A stretch of 64,000 bases of DNA, taken from the NCBI GenBank assembly GCA_041581135.1, contig JBFGCM010000005.1, positions 10,338-74,337 on the forward strand, in the 5' to 3' direction. Source of the DNA: Acidimicrobiia bacterium (GTDB lineage: Bacteria > Actinomycetota > Acidimicrobiia > Spongiisociales > UBA5794). A program made the position numbers and the translations under genes. The notes under the pieces are model-generated. The model saw only the letters and a list, made by a program, of their open reading frames with translations, was not told the DNA's origin and made no database searches. Positions 63,768 through 64,000 of this stretch are shown here, piece after piece. Positions within the stretch are counted from its first letter, which is position 1. Every line of letters begins with the position of its first letter.

Positions 63768-64000
63768 TCAGTTCGTACGCGGATTGGGAGCGTCGGGGTC
63801 GATGCCGTACCGATCGATGGCATCGCCGAGCACGCTTGCATCGAGCGTGCCGTCGGCGACCAGGCCGGTCAGGACGCCGAGGACGATGTGGCCGGTGTCG
63901 ATCTCGAAGAAGCGGCGCAGCGCCTCGCGGGTGTCGCTACGCCCGTAGCCGTCGGTGCCGAGGACGCCGAAGCGGCCTGGCACCCAACGGGCGATCTGAT
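63768..64000 (-). CDS. aceE: pyruvate dehydrogenase E1 component, homodimeric type (C-terminal fragment; gene runs off the window)
   Basis: The C-terminal sequence GTDGYGRSDTREALRRFFEIDTGHIV...RYGIDPDAP is typical of AceE. Confidence 0.75.
   Translation of the reverse strand, partial: QIARWVPGRFGVLGTDGYGRSDTREALRRFFEIDTGHIVLGVLTGLVADGTLDASVLGDAIDRYGIDPDAPNPRTN

Overview
This is a high-GC, actinobacterial-type chromosomal window, densely coding on both strands. Many start/stop junctions overlap by 4 nt (ATGA or GTGA). I support about 55 CDSs. I saw no rRNA, no convincing tRNA, no CRISPR array, and no transposase or integrase.

Most of the window is housekeeping or core metabolism:
- cyclophilin, acyl-ACP desaturase, DEAD-box helicase
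- 2-oxoacid dehydrogenase E1 alpha/beta, and a partial aceE
- nrtR-nadA-nadB-nadC
- proline dehydrogenase, ettA, pdxH, mug
- an AidB-like acyl-CoA dehydrogenase and a molybdopterin oxidoreductase
- an MFS transporter
- an OmpR/HK two-component pair next to an HtrA-like protease
- OmpA-like and YpfJ-like proteins

The parts most worth a second look:
1. A four-gene, translationally coupled operon at 42264-47342 with no molybdopterin subunit: 4Fe-4S protein, NrfD-type membrane subunit, membrane di-haem cytochrome c and tetra-haem cytochrome c. It may be a quinol:cytochrome c module.
2. A stand-alone 718-aa CHAT (caspase-like) protein carrying a near-perfect 57-bp x 3.5 tandem repeat, divergent from nrtR.
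3. A roughly 2.3-kb lower-GC islet right after pdxH. Most of it is bracketed by a 20/21-nt direct repeat, and it holds orphan genes only.
4. An ORF fusing only region 2 of an ECF (SigK-like) sigma factor to an RskA-type anti-sigma C-terminus.
5. A compact cluster of an SQR-like flavoprotein, a single-Cys TusE and a DsrE-family protein.
6. An array of five short hairpin-bearing tandem repeats between convergent genes.
7. A 1,831-aa modular secreted protein.

All functional calls rest on motif or family recognition by eye from the translated ORFs. No searches were run. Most start codons were re-chosen manually and remain uncertain by tens of nucleotides.
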